Assembly: GCA_976226885.1 (NCBI GenBank)
Contig: OZ320314.1
Coordinates: 44,020,001 to 44,084,000, forward strand
Direction: 5' to 3'
DNA from: Iphione sp. A-MEVVRFRX5
Lineage: Eukaryota
Length of the DNA: 64,000 bases
The position numbers and the translations under genes are program-made. This document shows positions 1-13,989 of the stretch, in pieces (within the stretch, counting starts at the first letter, position 1; each line of letters starts with the position of its first letter). A model generated the notes under the pieces. The model was given only the letters and a program-made list of their open reading frames with translations, did not search any database and had not been told where the DNA came from.

Positions 1-466
1 GAAGAGGAGTGGGAGGCTGATGACCAGGAGGATGAGGAGGAGACCCAGGAAGAGACCCAGTCCCAGGAAAAGCCTGAGACAACTGATTCTGAAATCCAGG
101 AGATGATGCTCAAAATGAAGAGACACTTTGAGCTGAAGGGAGACCTGAACTGTCTGGAACTGCTGGCACCACTCCAGCAAGCACATTCCACTAGGACAAT
201 AGCTAGGAAAATTGTGCAGCCTACCCTTCATTCATTTTTTAAGAAATGATTTAATATTGTATTTATTGTTGGTTTTGTATTGTGATATTCCATTATGTTA
301 CCTGATTTCACTATATTTCCTATAATAAAGACATATATCTGTATTTCATAGTCTGTGTTCATTCACCATCTCAGGTACTACTCACTGCTTCTACAATCGG
401 GACACTTCCCAAATGCGGACGATTCACTAAAGAACGAAGGGTGTCCGGAATCGGGACGTCCCACTG
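1..466 (+). mobile_element. 3' end of a Tigger/pogo DNA transposon (transposase C-terminus, stop at 247-249, right TIR), truncated by window edge
   Basis: Reads identical by eye to 29038-29503; ends ...GGGACGTCCCACTG followed by TA (467-468); flank differs from the other copy. Confidence 0.93.
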
Positions 467-469
467 TAG

Positions 470-1880
470 TCCCCCTGCTGACCTCCTCAGAGTGGAGCAG
501 GCATCAGTTAAATGGTCAAATTGAGCCAAGGCCAGCAAATCATGAGGGACTGTTTGACAAAGGTCAATGACCTGGGGTGGCCTTTCCTTCTGAAATCATA
601 TCAGCAGAGGGACAAGACTCTCCAGAAGGTCCAAGCAGTGCTCTATTTACGCTCCACTGCTCTTGTCAAGGGTACTCCTTTGCTGATGAAGATGGCTCAA
701 AAGGACCTTTCCCTGCAACTGGTGCTGAATAATTTCTTTGATGTGCTGAGCCGTTACAGAGGCACCAACTACAAGTTAATTAAGGCTTGTTGAAACAATG
801 TCAGTCTTGCGTTGAAAGATAATTACAAGAGGCTGTGATCACCCACCATTGCAGAGGGAGTCATCATTCTGGATTTTCATCCTTCACCTTTTCAGTCACG
901 GATCTTTCCAAGAGGGAATCCATACAAGTCCTTATACATTATTCTGGATTTATCAGAATTTGATAAATTCATGCCCTTTATCCACTTTAAAATATATGTT
1001 CCAGTCAGTATCTCAAACCCTGTACAAAGATTGCTGGATGGCCTCCACGGATCTCTAGAGTTCTTACCATGCTGTAGCTGTGCATCTGGATCATCAGAAA
1101 TACCTAATGTTCTCCTGAAATGCATGGTATTACCAATATGCAGCTATGCCTTTCAGTCTTAAGTTGGCACCAAGACTTCAGCAAGCTGCTAAAGCCACCC
1201 TTAGCCACACTGCATGACAATTTCACTGATGAGGTGTGCTGATTCAGTTTGAGTGCTTACCAACCTTTTCTCTGGCGTGTGTTTGGGATAAATTGGAAGA
1301 AGTTTCCTTCTATTCAAACCCACCATCTGACTTGTCTGGGCTATTGCTTGAATTCATCTTCAATTATGATTACACCTCTTCAATTCAAAATCAACAGGGT
1401 TATCCCTTGTATCAAAGAAGTGCCAGGAGGGGGCTCATCCTCTATCAGGCATGTCACATCCTTAATAGGAACCTTGGTTGACCTAACAAAAGCAGGCCAG
1501 TATGGATTAGTGCACTACAAGGCATTGGGAAAGGGTAAGATTTATGCCTTGATAAAACAGCAGAACTTGGAGGTGCCAGTGACCTTATCCCTACATAGCA
1601 AAGATGACTTAATATGGTGGCTCATAAACATCCATTCCATATGCAGACCTATCAGAGTTCAAGCATGCAGTGAATTCTCAGATTACAGATGCATCCAAGC
1701 TTAGTTTGGACCCTGTCCTGTATTGCTCTGCACTCAAGAATGTTCTCTCCACTGAAAGTTTCGTAGTGGCCAACATTCCCATGTACATCACTCACGTTAG
1801 GGAGGCTGGGCTGGTGTTGGCATTATTATTATTGGCAGGGACTTCAAAGAGTGTTCCCTGTTTGTCTCCAGACAGTTAAT
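470..1880 (+). mobile_element. Decayed DIRS1-type (tyrosine-recombinase retroelement) RT/RNase H relic
   Basis: Broken frames give ILDLSEFDKFMPFIHFK (from 941), DCWMASTDL*SSYHAVAVHLDHQKYLMF, YQYAAMPFSLKLAPR..SKLLKPPL, LIGTL..YGLVHYKAL..DLIWWLINI and ITDAS (about 1685), the motif order of DIRS RT-RNase H; many stops and frameshifts. Confidence 0.75.
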
Positions 1881-1949
1881 CATTTGCATTTTGTAAGGTT
1901 TTTTTTATTTGTTTTTTTAGAAGTCTTCCCTAGAGCCTTTTCAGTCTGT

Positions 1950-2330
1950 TGTCTTCCCAGGTTACTCTATTGATTCACTTAATATGATAGTCACTTTTAC
2001 TGTTTATATCGTGGCTAAAGTGGTCTCTCATATATTGAGTCCATCCTCAACCAAGAGGTCAACATCATTACACGGCAAGCCATAGATCAAGGCTTGAAGT
2101 CAGTACATGTATTTTATAATGTGAAGTCGTCCTTCTTAACCAGTGTGACCATGTCTGATGATCATTTCAGGTCGGTAGACTTCGGAGGCATGTGGAGGAG
2201 GTGGCAAGCAGGGAACCCTACATGGGTGAGCAAATGCCAATAAAGTGGTTACGGTTTGAGCAGTCTGTGTCCAAGCTAGTGGATGAAGGGACCTGCTTCG
2301 CCTCACTTGATCAGGTACGGACACTGTGGA
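1950..2330 (-). mobile_element. Possible inverted DIRS fragment (end of pol/MT region)
   Basis: Minus-strand HPLAWTQTAQTVTTLLAFAHPCRVPCLP and MACRV resemble the DIRS 'VP.W.TQ.W..LL...P..LP ... ACR' tract; weak, highly degenerate. Confidence 0.3.
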
Positions 2331-2686
2331 GTTAGATCTCCTGTACCCAGTGTGAAGTTACATAGCAGTATCATTGATTCATTAATTTCAGATTAGGCAT
2401 CGCCAAGCCGTATATAATTAACATACACACATATATCTATATATATAGTAACCCGTAATAGAAAATCCCTCATAGTCATTCTTTCTGTGACTCACCGAAC
2501 TCAAATACATAATAAGCCACCAACTTATATTGTGAATCCCGCCGTTGCTCAAAAATTGGTTTAAAAAATATTGCCATATTATGAGGGATGAATTTAATGT
2601 TCCTGTTTTTCTTTGCGACTAGCTATCTGTCAAACATTTAGACATTTTGAAATTCCTTAACTAGTATATTGTGTAAATAACCACAG

Positions 2687-5658
2687 GTCCGGGAGGTGGC
2701 CAGAGAGGTGGGTATTAACCAGCCGGGCGAGATCTCCACCTTGTTGGAGTTCTACCATGACCTGGGAGTGATTATCTACTATGGAGTAGGCAACACTCTT
2801 GACAGCACCCTGCGAAATACAGTCATTCTTAAGCCACAGTGGCTGGTCGACATGTTCAAACGTATCATCACAGTACGGGACCCGGATCAACAAGTAAGAT
2901 AATAGCTTTTCACCACAACATTGAATCAGTCGAACTTTCCATGGCTTGAGTGTCTGGTGTACTTTTGTGTATATGTGTATCACTCTTCGCTCGTAGGTTT
3001 GTTTGTTGTTGTTGTTTTTAAATTGGGTCATTGCTTGGCCACTAGAGGGCCAATGTAAGATACAGTGGATGAACCACTCATTCATGCGTTTGCTGCCAGC
3101 TGTCGCTGCTAATAATTCGTGATTTCCTCTCTTTCCCAGTGGGGCACCTATCGAGATTTATGGCAGCGTTTGGATACTGTAGGCCTCTTAGAAGAGAAGC
3201 TTATTGACTTTGTGTGGCGGGATGTCATAGAACGGAAGGCTGCCCTGCTTGGCCTGATGGAGAAGTTCGACTTAATCTGTGAACGTCTCACCACGAACAC
3301 AGTACGTGCTGCTGCAAAGTAGTCATAAAAACTCTCTGCTTTCTTCTCATGTTGGTCTCTTCCCCTCTCATCTTCCTATTCTTTATGTTTTTTCCCATAA
3401 GGGATCATGAAACATTACTATAATGTCTCTCCTTGAGCATATAGAGCCTACACAGTGTTGTTTCTCTCTATTCAGACTACACGACGAGCCATAGATCAGG
3501 GCCGTACCTTCTATGTACCATCGCGCCTTCGCAAGTGCCCAGATACACAGCGTCTCTATACACCTAGTGACACGGACGTCATCTTCTATCTAGACTTCAA
3601 CGGTTTCCTGCCAGGTATTATGCTGAGACATTCGATCTTTACGTTGATGAAGGAAATAAATCTACCTCTACCCGAGAATCTCAGGAGTNNNNNNNNNNNN
3701 NNNNNNNNNNNNNNNNNNNNNNNNNNNNNNNNNNNNNNNNNNNNNNNNNNNNNNNNNNNNNNNNNNNNNNNNNNNNNNNNNNNNNNNNNNNNNNNNNNNN
3801 NNNNNNNNNNNNNNNNNNNNNNNNNNNNNNNNNNNNNNNNNNNNNNNNNNNNNNNNNNNNNNNNNNTATGTTGGAGCATCTTTGGTACACGAATTTTGAA
3901 GTATACATTGCACAGCAACTTTGCTAATGCCAACTTTTGCTAATGGCATGTAAATAATTTTTCCTGAAATAATGCATCATTTGCTTGCCCCCCCGACCTT
4001 ACATTATTTCTTGCCTTCTTATTTGTAAGTGCAGGGTATTGTCTTATCTGTCTGTGGGGCCAGTTTTGCATTACTCTGTCTGTCTGGCACCTCCATTTAC
4101 TCACTCTCACTCATTCAGTCCCTCACGTACTCACTGCCTTTCTCACATATTAAAGGAGGAAAGGGTTCTCTCTGCTTTGTTGCATGTAACTTTAACTTTT
4201 TACCATGGGTTACACAAGCCCAAGTTACCCACCCACTACGCAGCTAACCCACACACAACGTAGCTTACTCATCCACTACGCCCCCCCCCCTCCAAGCCAG
4301 GATGATGGCACTGACTGTAGGTTTCTTGTTTGTTTCAATCCTGTCTGTGCATACACGTAGATGGCCTGTTCCATCGTATACTGACTCGCTGTATCAGCTG
4401 GACTGAAGAGAGTGGTGGGCATGAACCTCAGCTCTTCTACCGCAAGGCCAAGTTTTTCCTGGACAGCGAGCATGACTTTGTCCTGGAGATGGCACCAGTC
4501 CAACTGGCCCGGATGAAGGTTAGTAACTCATATAACATGTACATGTATGCAGTTGATACTCCTTTGTTGACAAGGCCTTGGCAGGATGAGTAGTGGATTT
4601 TTATGATCCATGGTTTCTTTTTTCAAGAGATTATTTTTTCGCACGATGCGTTCAACCTTCTGTTTTATATGGTTAGAGATATTTTATGAGAATGAATCAT
4701 TCTGTAAAATCTTGGAGACATGAAAACTGTACTTGAATAGTGTGGTGTGAAACTCCTCTCTCTGTATGTTGTTCTTAAATATCAGTTGTAGATGTACGTC
4801 AATAGAGACAATTATTATGCGCTACTGTCGTAACAAAGACTATAAGTCAGAGTCAGAGCCTTCATCCAGCAACCTGACGAAGACTCTGGAGTTTCGAAAG
4901 ATTGCGATCAATCACTATTCAAGTACATAATAAAGCCAATTGAGTCTTTGAATACACGTTGAGGATTTATTTCCTTGAAGATTCAGGTGGTTGAAATATA
5001 TTATTTTTAACCTTTCTGTTAATTTAATGAACAGAGTGGCCGATATTTTGTTCTTATCGCCGGTCATTGGTATAACTTCGCATTGCACAGCATTTGTATA
5101 TTCTTTACGTGTTTTCTTAACTCTTTCACTGCAGATATCTGTGTTACGTATGGTAGACTTGGATGACAGTGATGAATCGTCTAGTGACGAAAACGAGGAA
5201 AAACCAATGCCCCCACCCAAGCCGGCAGCCTGTGCCAAAGTAAGACCTGTTACACTTTCATGTGCCAAATAGAAAAGTAAAAGCTAACTGGTTCTGATGT
5301 TTTTGTCAAACAGAGGTGATGTTATTTGTTCAAATAATGATAGAGCACACATTTTTTGCCTATAAGTATAGAAACAACACTGTCACCTGCAGTTGCCGGG
5401 GATATAAACATCTACTGAAATAACAGTACAGGAAGATATTACGGTATACATGTATTCTTCATTAAATTTAGAGAAGTCGTCGCAGACAAGCTTTGTGGTT
5501 CTGTGTGGTGCTTCGTGACATGCTGTGATTCTCAACAATGTTAAGAGATAACAGTGGGTCGCCACACCAACATACACTCAGCCTCACACAGTCACACACA
5601 CTGTCTCACCGTCTGTCTGTCTGTTTGTCTGTCTCACTCTCTCTCTCTACATATCACC

Positions 5659-5738
<80 letters not shown>

Positions 5739-8700
5739 CATCATACACACATGGGTACACACGCCGCTGTAGACGTATGGTCGAATTATGTGGTTCCATA
5801 CAAAGACGTGGGTCACTGTGCGATTTTAAAGCCAGCATTAATCCTCAGCTGACGTTGAAGAATTGTCTGTGTCTTACATGCTGTGTCCAATGCTCTTGGC
5901 GCGCTAGGTGAGGAACTTCCTGGAGAATGCGCTGTCGGATCTGCGGGAGCTTTGGATGAAACGCATCTCTTACCGAGCCTCTGTCGACTGCCGCTGCGAC
6001 CGACCGTGCCTGGCGCACGGCCGCGCCCGCTGCCACGAAGAGGAGTGCCTGCATTTCCTCAACCTGGACGAGTGCTTGTCAAACAAGGTCTGGAGCGCAC
6101 CTGATGGCCGATGGCGATGGGATAGAGGGAGGGGGTGTCGTGTGTGTTTTGGGGGACGGGGTGTCGAGAGCGAGAGGACGGAGGATGCTTAGCACGTCTG
6201 GCGGCTCCAGGGAGCAAAGGACAAATATTTGAGTCGATCAGAAATAAGAACCGATTGATTTATGCCGAGTAGTGGCAATAAATCCGCAGCATTCTACCAA
6301 TATTATCGACTTAAAGCGTGATGCTCGAGATCATTTCCTCGGGCTCGACGTAAGTGACCTGAAAGTTGTTTTTTTTCTCAACACAGATCGTCATGTGTGA
6401 CCATCGACGCATCAAAACGGCGCCGTACAGGAAATGGTTTCCAGCGCACGTGCCCACTGGTGAGTGAAGTTAGAGAAACTTTCGCTTACAGGTGTACGTC
6501 TCTTAACGAATCCCGTGGGAATAAAACCTCTTTATGAAAAAGGGTTGGCTTTTTTGGTAGACTTGGTGGCCTGAGGCCGCTTTCTACAAAGCCATTTTAT
6601 AAAGAATTAACTAAAACGAAAGGAAACAAATTCATGTAGCTTCTCAAGTGCAAATTTAATGGTTGATCAAGAAAAATCTATTTAAAACCATTAAAATTAT
6701 GCTAGATATATGTACGTTCGATTAAGAAGTTTCTCACAATGGAGTGACATCATGGAACACCTCTACTTCGTTAACAGAGACACCTGTGACGTCAGCTGTA
6801 TGCCATCTGCATTGTGGAAATCGTCTTATTGAGGCGACGGTTCGATAATAAATTTGGTCGTTTTTTTGTCTTATCTCATACCCCAGATAAAAACTAAGGG
6901 AATATGATCCGCCCTAAAGTATTTAATTTTGTCTATAGTACATTATCTGTTCTAACAAACTTCGTGCACGTTAGTGGGATGCTCACACCATAACTCCTTT
7001 CCCTTTAATAAAAAAAAAAAGGGGGGGACGGTTCTTTCCATCCAGTTAGTACCTCAGATCACAACTGTTCTTCCTGATTCAAACTATCAGTTTTCCCGTT
7101 GATGACCACCATAAATAACTATCCAGCTCGTGTAAAAATTATGTTGGGCAGTCCACTGGATATTTGAATGCAAACTCACTTGTATTGAATGATACATCAG
7201 CAGTTGTCTTCGTTTTTCGATTCCTTCCTAAAGTGACCTCCTGTTTTGTAGCACGGCAGGGCCCTGTGCTCCCCGAGTCGGTTGTGAATGACCCAGCACT
7301 GCTCACCTTCGGTAACATCGAGGCCGCCAAGGGTCATGAGCTGCCTGGCTGGGTGAAGAGCGCCGCAAAACTGCTAAACGGGGGCTCGGAGGGGCAGGAC
7401 TGGACGGCTCTGGCTGAAAAATTAGGTACTCTGCACGAATCATCTTGGTACTCTCTGTGAATCGCCATAGTAATCTGTTCATAAATCCCTATACTATTCG
7501 CTTCATAAATCCCTATTGTATTCTGTGTGAATGACCATGGTATTCTCACGAATCTCACTGATCAAAACATGTTTTTCTGTGAATAGTTTGGGTATGTGAC
7601 ATGATATAAGATGCTATGACTATTTGTAGTTGTGTAGGATGTCATGACACCTGTTAGTAGTTCACTCATTTAAGTTTATCTGATCTCAGAATAGGCCGTC
7701 GTATTATAACCATTGCTTATCTTATTGAGGCTATACGTTTCTCTTGGTTTAATGTAACGTTTGAGACAGACTTCGAAATGGGTTTCCTGATCGGAAAAAT
7801 TTTCTCTCTTGTAGGTTATAAGAAATCTGTAGACAAATTTTCAGAGGACCTGAACCCTGGCTTAGCCTTACTGACGGACTGGATCATCAGTTCAGGCAAT
7901 ACTGCTCTGTCAGTAGATATGATGGTGGCCTGTCTGGAGCAGATGGTGCGAGACGACATTGTCGAAATCATCCAGAAAGGCAGAGGTATACTCATGCTAA
8001 ATCATGTCCGTGTGATTTGGACTATTGTTTATAATGTAATAAATAGATACCATCATGTGGACCAAACCTACTCTTATCAGGAGTGATGTTGAGAAACATA
8101 GCTTCTCGATTCTTGAAAGCGCTTCATTTCTATATTGCGATGCATGTATTTCTAATCAAGTTCATACATAGATGGTTTAGTTTTTGCGAAACAGGTTTGA
8201 GGATGTTCCTCTCCACTATGGTCATAAATGTGACTTTTACAAATTCCACTGAGCTTCGTTGTACTTATACATGTACGTGTTTATCTTATGTGTTTAGTGA
8301 CTGATCTCTTTTATAGACCATTTCCAGTCCCTTGTCCATACAGTCTGTAGTCGCATGCAAAAACACGAATTGACAATAGGGCTTCGAGATGTACCCCTTC
8401 CCCACTGTCTGTAATCACTGCTCGCTAATCATCTGTTGACCTTCTTGTTCTAGAGTCTGAGGTGGCACCTCCACAGGTTTTCATGAGTTACCAGTGGGAT
8501 ACACAGGACGAGGTGAACGCTCTCCGTAACAAGTTAGAGAAACATGGCTTCACCTGCTGGATGGACATAGGACAGATGGGAGGCGGCGATCAGCTGTACG
8601 AGCGAGTCGATCAAGCCATCCGTAATGCTAAGGTGGGTCCTCTTATTAAAAGTATAGAGTCTAAATCACGCTGACGCAGAGGAAGTTTGCAAGAAGATAC

Positions 8701-10013
8701 CAGCCCTAAGGAGCTAAGGGCGCAGACCTCCTTCATTGACAGCAAGGTAGAGAGCATGCTGGTCGCAGTGGTAGAAGATGGGGGAAGAGGTACTTATTGC
8801 ACAAGTAAAGTTCCACACCCAGTTATTTACACCCCTTTCTCCGTCGCTGGATTTTAATATAAGTGATCGACTCCGTTGAACAGTGGGAGCTGAGCCTGGC
8901 CGACCCGCCTAAGACGAACTTTGATCTTTACAGATTGTGATATGCTGCATCACACCCAAGTATGTGACGTCTCATTACTGCCAGCGGGAGCTTAGCTTGG
9001 CTGACCTGCTGAGAAAACCCATCATTCCCGTCATGTACGAGAAGGTGCCCTGGCCGCCACCAGGGGGAATGGCGCTTATTGTCTCCCAGCTGGTCTATAT
9101 CAACATGAAGGGTAAGCTGATTCTACGGATTGACAATGAATTAATACCTCGGCGCTGAAATGCTACGAATAAGCTTCGATTTTGTAGCTTAATAGAGGAA
9201 AGGATAGGACAGGAGGGTTTGTCTTAATTGGAAGCAGCATAAGGAAGAATAACAATCTGTCCCCAATGGACCGATCGCCAGCGGCGAAAGAAATGGGTAG
9301 TGCGGACGTTTTTACTTGTCACGAAAATGTTGCAATTTTAAGCCTTTTGATTGGTCCATTCAATGATTTCATCAGGCAGAAACACAGGGTCACATGTAAT
9401 TGAATACAATTTGGTGACCGTTAACATTTTCATCTTGAAATAAGTGCTTGCTGGAATAATACGTCTGCCAATAGTATTGAATATATTTTTGAACAAATTT
9501 GTGTTATTCAGTTAAATATTTTGTCTGCATTTGTTCACCTGTACATCGTGCACATTTTCCCAGTTACGCTACATAGCTTTGTTTTGACCATCTCTAGGAG
9601 TAGGAGGACATGGAGGCTCAGGCATCCACGCTGACCTGGAGAGTAAGTACCAGGAAATTATGCAGCGTGCTGCCTGTTTCGCCACCCCGGATCCACATGC
9701 GTCTCTTGACTCCACTGTCGACAATGCCCATCCGCGCACATTCCGTGCCGACTCCATGTCGCTGGGCAGTCCAGATGCCTCGATGAGGGAGCCGCTCATC
9801 ATTGGTGCTTACAGCACGGGGCTGAGCGCCGGTGGGCGGCGGGCGCGCGGCCCGGCTGGCCCGGGCGGCAACGCGCCTGGCCCGATGGAGGGAGGCGGCG
9901 GTGGTGTTAACAATGATGAGGCGCAACAAAGCGGCAGCGAGGGAGGAGACGGCAGCCCGCGTCATGTGGAGCAGGTGCACGTCACGAAGTGTGCCGTATG
10001 CTGCATTCTGTAA
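2687..10013 (+). CDS. Roco-family protein, 3' part: COR domain, Cys/His-rich linker, Death domain, TIR (TIR_2-like) domain, C-terminal CaaX; 5' exons (presumed Roc GTPase) outside window
   Basis: Phase-consistent AG/GT exons: 2687-2893, 3140-3301, 3476-3614, 4361-4518, 5135-5239, 5908-6087, 6387-6459, 7252-7425, 7815-7985, 8454-8632, 8934-9111, 9598-10013. Motifs: LLEFYHDLGVIIYY..VILKPQWLVDMFKRII and LLGLMEKFDLIC, FYVPSRL (COR); DWTALAEKLGY..LLTDW..LEQMVRDDIVEII (Death); VFMSYQWD..FTCWMDIGQMGGGDQLY..YCQRELSLADLLRKPIIPV (TIR); ends KCAVCCIL*. Confidence 0.88.
3689..3866. other. Assembly gap (N run) in intron
   Basis: Run of n characters. Confidence 0.99.
5630..5735. repeat. (CT)n microsatellite, intronic
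   Basis: Long ctctct run. Confidence 0.97.
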
Positions 10014-13000
10014 CGTACTGACTGTGATATATTGGAGGAGCTGTCTCATTGTTAATCCACCACTGCCGCACTAGCAGTATGTCCGTCCCCACAGGCACAC
10101 CCGGTCTGTACCACACATGTAGATATACATACAAATGTACTTATTTTGTAGTAGGGTGACCGCACTATGGTGTTTGCTCACGTGTGCAATAGACATGCCC
10201 GAGGCTATGACGTGTCATAATTTCCAAAAAAGGCATACATCATAAAAAAAATACATCATAATAATATGATTACATGAATAGACTATTTTTGTGCACTTGA
10301 CATTTACAAAAAATGACCCGACCTAATCTCCTGTGGTATATTTGTTGATGGCTCAGGTCTATAGTCCTTATCTTTATACACTCAACTCTCCTAAATGCAG
10401 ACAACCTTCGTTTTTACCCAAATCGTCCGCATTTTAGACATGTCCGGTTTACAGATCTATTAGTAGACTGTAGAAAATGTATTTGTGAATGGACGATGAC
10501 AACAAAGGAGTAAACTTATGATTGAGTCCTGAAAGTGCTGAATTTGACAAATAAAATTCATAAAAGAGATTAATTTGACAAACAAATGTCAATAAAGTGC
10601 AGAATTTGACAAGTAGAAGTCCTAAATTTGAGAAAAAAGAGACCCAAATGTGCGCAACAACACGCTGTCTACAAGGAGTATTGATGTCAACCTTTGGAAA
10701 AGCCTTCCCACATACCAAAATCAGCGAGACAACACGTAGTCCATAGGTGGGCATTCAAGTAAACCTGTGGCAATGACGTCTGAGGCTTGAATTCCCCTAA
10801 TATCACTATGACGACATTGTGTCCACAGCAAGATGCTCCCCCAAATTTCCTGTCCTCACTAGAGACATCTCGCTATATAGATTATGTATTGAAGCGAAAT
10901 GGGTTCTTTTGTAAATTGTCCACGTTTCAGATGGGACCACATTATGGGCATGTGCATAGGGAGAGAGTCGACTGTATTTAGATACACATGTACGGGTTGT
11001 GCAGCATAATCTATGTGCATGTTTGTAAAGACATGCAGTGGTTGTTCTTTGATTCAACACATTCTGTAATGCCCATACACATTAGGCCTATTTGAGCGGA
11101 CGGCTTGCCGTCTCTGCAGGTGTTTGTGAAGGGGTGCCTGTGTGATGCACGTTCGATAGGGAAAGAGCCGGTTGCCTTTTTTAAGGTCAGTTTTTTGCGC
11201 ATTCCTACAGCTGAGTAGCCACATTTTAAATCAGTTTGCTTCATTAAACAAAAACAGAATTCACAGTGACCATTTATTTGCTTTTGAACATATGTGAACG
11301 GAGTCACCTGGTGATGATATATGAAGTGATAAAGCTGGTGTCGAGTCTAATAGAATTGTCAGATAATGGGTGAATTTCGAATGTGAGAATGCAGTGGAGC
11401 GGGGTTGGGTAGTGTGGAAATGGATGTGACGAAGACCGTGTTGTCAATGCGTATGTCCGTCTCTAGCGACGTTGATGGATCTGTGGATGTTAAACGTCAA
11501 TGCGTCTTCTGCCCCAAACTGGAGAGGAGTGAAAGAGTGACGGTGACAGACAGACATGGAGATCCACCCTCATCTACCTGTACGATTGGAATTTCAGTAT
11601 ATGGAGTGACGGACACACGGAAAAAGTCCCAACTCAAATAGGTTTGAATATTTGATGACTGGGACCGTTGGTTGGCCAAACAAAACTTATAAACTCATAA
11701 AACATTTGGTCACTTCGGATCCTCAGTTGTGATTCTTATTATTAAAGGTTTCTTGTCATATGTAATATTTTATGTGCGGTACACTATTGGATAATTTTCT
11801 TGATATTGTGTTGATTGTGCCAATGGTGATGCTGCTTCTTTACGCGATGAAAAACCCAGGTTGGCTTCTGCTTGGTTCACCGGCTTAGGTAGAGTTAAAT
11901 TTAAGTGTTCGATGTCATTTTTATTCATGTAATTATTACAATGTTCATGAATTATTCCTGTCATTAGATGAGACAGGGAAACTGTTCTCATCGGAACTTA
12001 TGGGTAAGCTAATGTATGGTCACGAATGCACATTGTGGGGTGCAGTGTAGGATCATACTGCACTCGGTAAGATTGAGTTAATACTGCTGTCTGTGTTTTT
12101 ACACCGTCGCACAGTATTCATAAATGGTTTGCTTTACACCAGATTATCAATTTGGGGTGGGGGTGGATTTAATTCAGATTAAATAAATCGTCCAAATACC
12201 CTGAAACACCACATCCTGGACAGACTATTTGGCATACCTGACCATATAGTGAACAGCTTGAGAACAACCGCGTTGTACTTTGTGTTATACATGTGCTTAG
12301 CAGTCCCATCGAATTTGTTGATATTTCCAATAAGCTAGGAAACTGTCATGTAATGCAGAAGAGGCCGACGTAGATATGAGATCAAAATTTGAATATTAGT
12401 CACCATAACCCAAAGCGTTATGAAGGAAAGGATAGGAAAAGCATGGGGGCAGTGTTTTCCAGAATAACTATTTAAGTCACTGTCCACAAGGTACGCTCAG
12501 GAAAAGGAACGGTTCAAAGACCTAGCTCTAATTGTCAAGTAGATTGAAACAAAAGGGGCGAAGAATTTGTTTTTGTTGTCAGTGTCTTCAAACATGTTCA
12601 GTAAATCTTTCTGATCGCCATTGGTTTAAAACAGGTATTGTGGACGTCACTTTTACTTAATTGTGACACTGTCCAAAAATTATTATTTCCTTTATTAGGA
12701 AATTGCTGTTTCAGGAATGTTAAAGTACCGGTTCTGGTGTTCATAAATAATGTATTATTCGAATGCCTTGGTCCACAGCCAGTCCTGTTTAAAGGTAACA
12801 TTTCTGCTGGTGTGACTTTCCTGTGTATACTTAGTTGTACCATCTTGGGGGGGGGGAGGGGGGCGCGAATGCTAGTGCGTGACCCACTGATCACCCATGA
12901 GGACATTTTGATCCACTGACTTTTGAACCAATATAAATGTACACATATGTATGGCTATGACGTGTACATTCCTTGTTTCCTGTGGACACATGCTCCTATC

Positions 13001-13989
13001 GATTTTAGTATAAAAAAAAGATTGATATTACTTGAGATAAAAGAGCAGTCCAGTCCACCTACTGCCTTTTAGTCATCAATGAAAGTCCTGCATATCTTGC
13101 ACCTTCATGGGTCTGTGGTAGTTGTGTTCAGATTGGGCAACATAAACTGACCACGTCCTCATGTTACTGTTGTTGACAAGCAGCAAGAAGGCATTTTGCA
13201 GCCAGTAACGAGAGTATGATAGCAGAAGTGAACTCGGATAAGAACTAATCAACTCATCAAACATCTACTCTACGGATCTAACATGTTTTAGCTTCATCTC
13301 ATAGCATGCGTATTATCATTTTTTGCCATTTTCCTTAATTGACATACAAATGACGGATATAAGACTAATATAATATGCCGAGTAGGAGGCCATCTGTTGG
13401 AGGAAACGCGGCTAGATGAACGTTAAATGATAATGCTTAAGGTAGTGGAAATCAGGAAAATGATGTAGAGCCATAGACTAAGTGACCAGAGCCTTTGATC
13501 CCACCTGGTACATACATGTATATCACTAAGTTTCTGGCATTTCACACATAGTGGCCGTCCACAGTGATGATGGCTAACGGTCAGGGTTTCATTTCTCTTT
13601 TGTACAATTTGTAGCTCTAAGTAGTCAGATGTATATGTATAACTGGTATTTATAGATGGAAATAGAATCAGACACTGAATGGTGGCGCAGGAATCAGGAA
13701 CCTTTTCGATGAACATAATGGAGCCATTGCGTTGTACTGGCGTTCCACTATATTGCTGTGATGCATTGTAATTCATGAGTTTGATCCATAGACGAAAGGT
13801 TTTGTCTTTCATTGTGGAGAAATAATGTGTACACCAAGCAACGATAGCTAGGTGGATGTTGAACTTGAGGAGCCACAATTGTGAGCCCTGCGAAGAAGGC
13901 CTGACACACTGGTAGTGGGAACTCATGGTCATTGGGTTACCGTTGATTGTGGTGGTGGTTTACGCGTTACAACTGCTGTTACTGTCTCT

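Noticed and set aside
3586-3949. ORFs spanning X runs (also 58950-59411)
   Set aside because: Artefacts of N gaps.
5538-5852. ORFs with SLSLSL / ERERER runs
   Set aside because: Translations of the (CT)n microsatellite.
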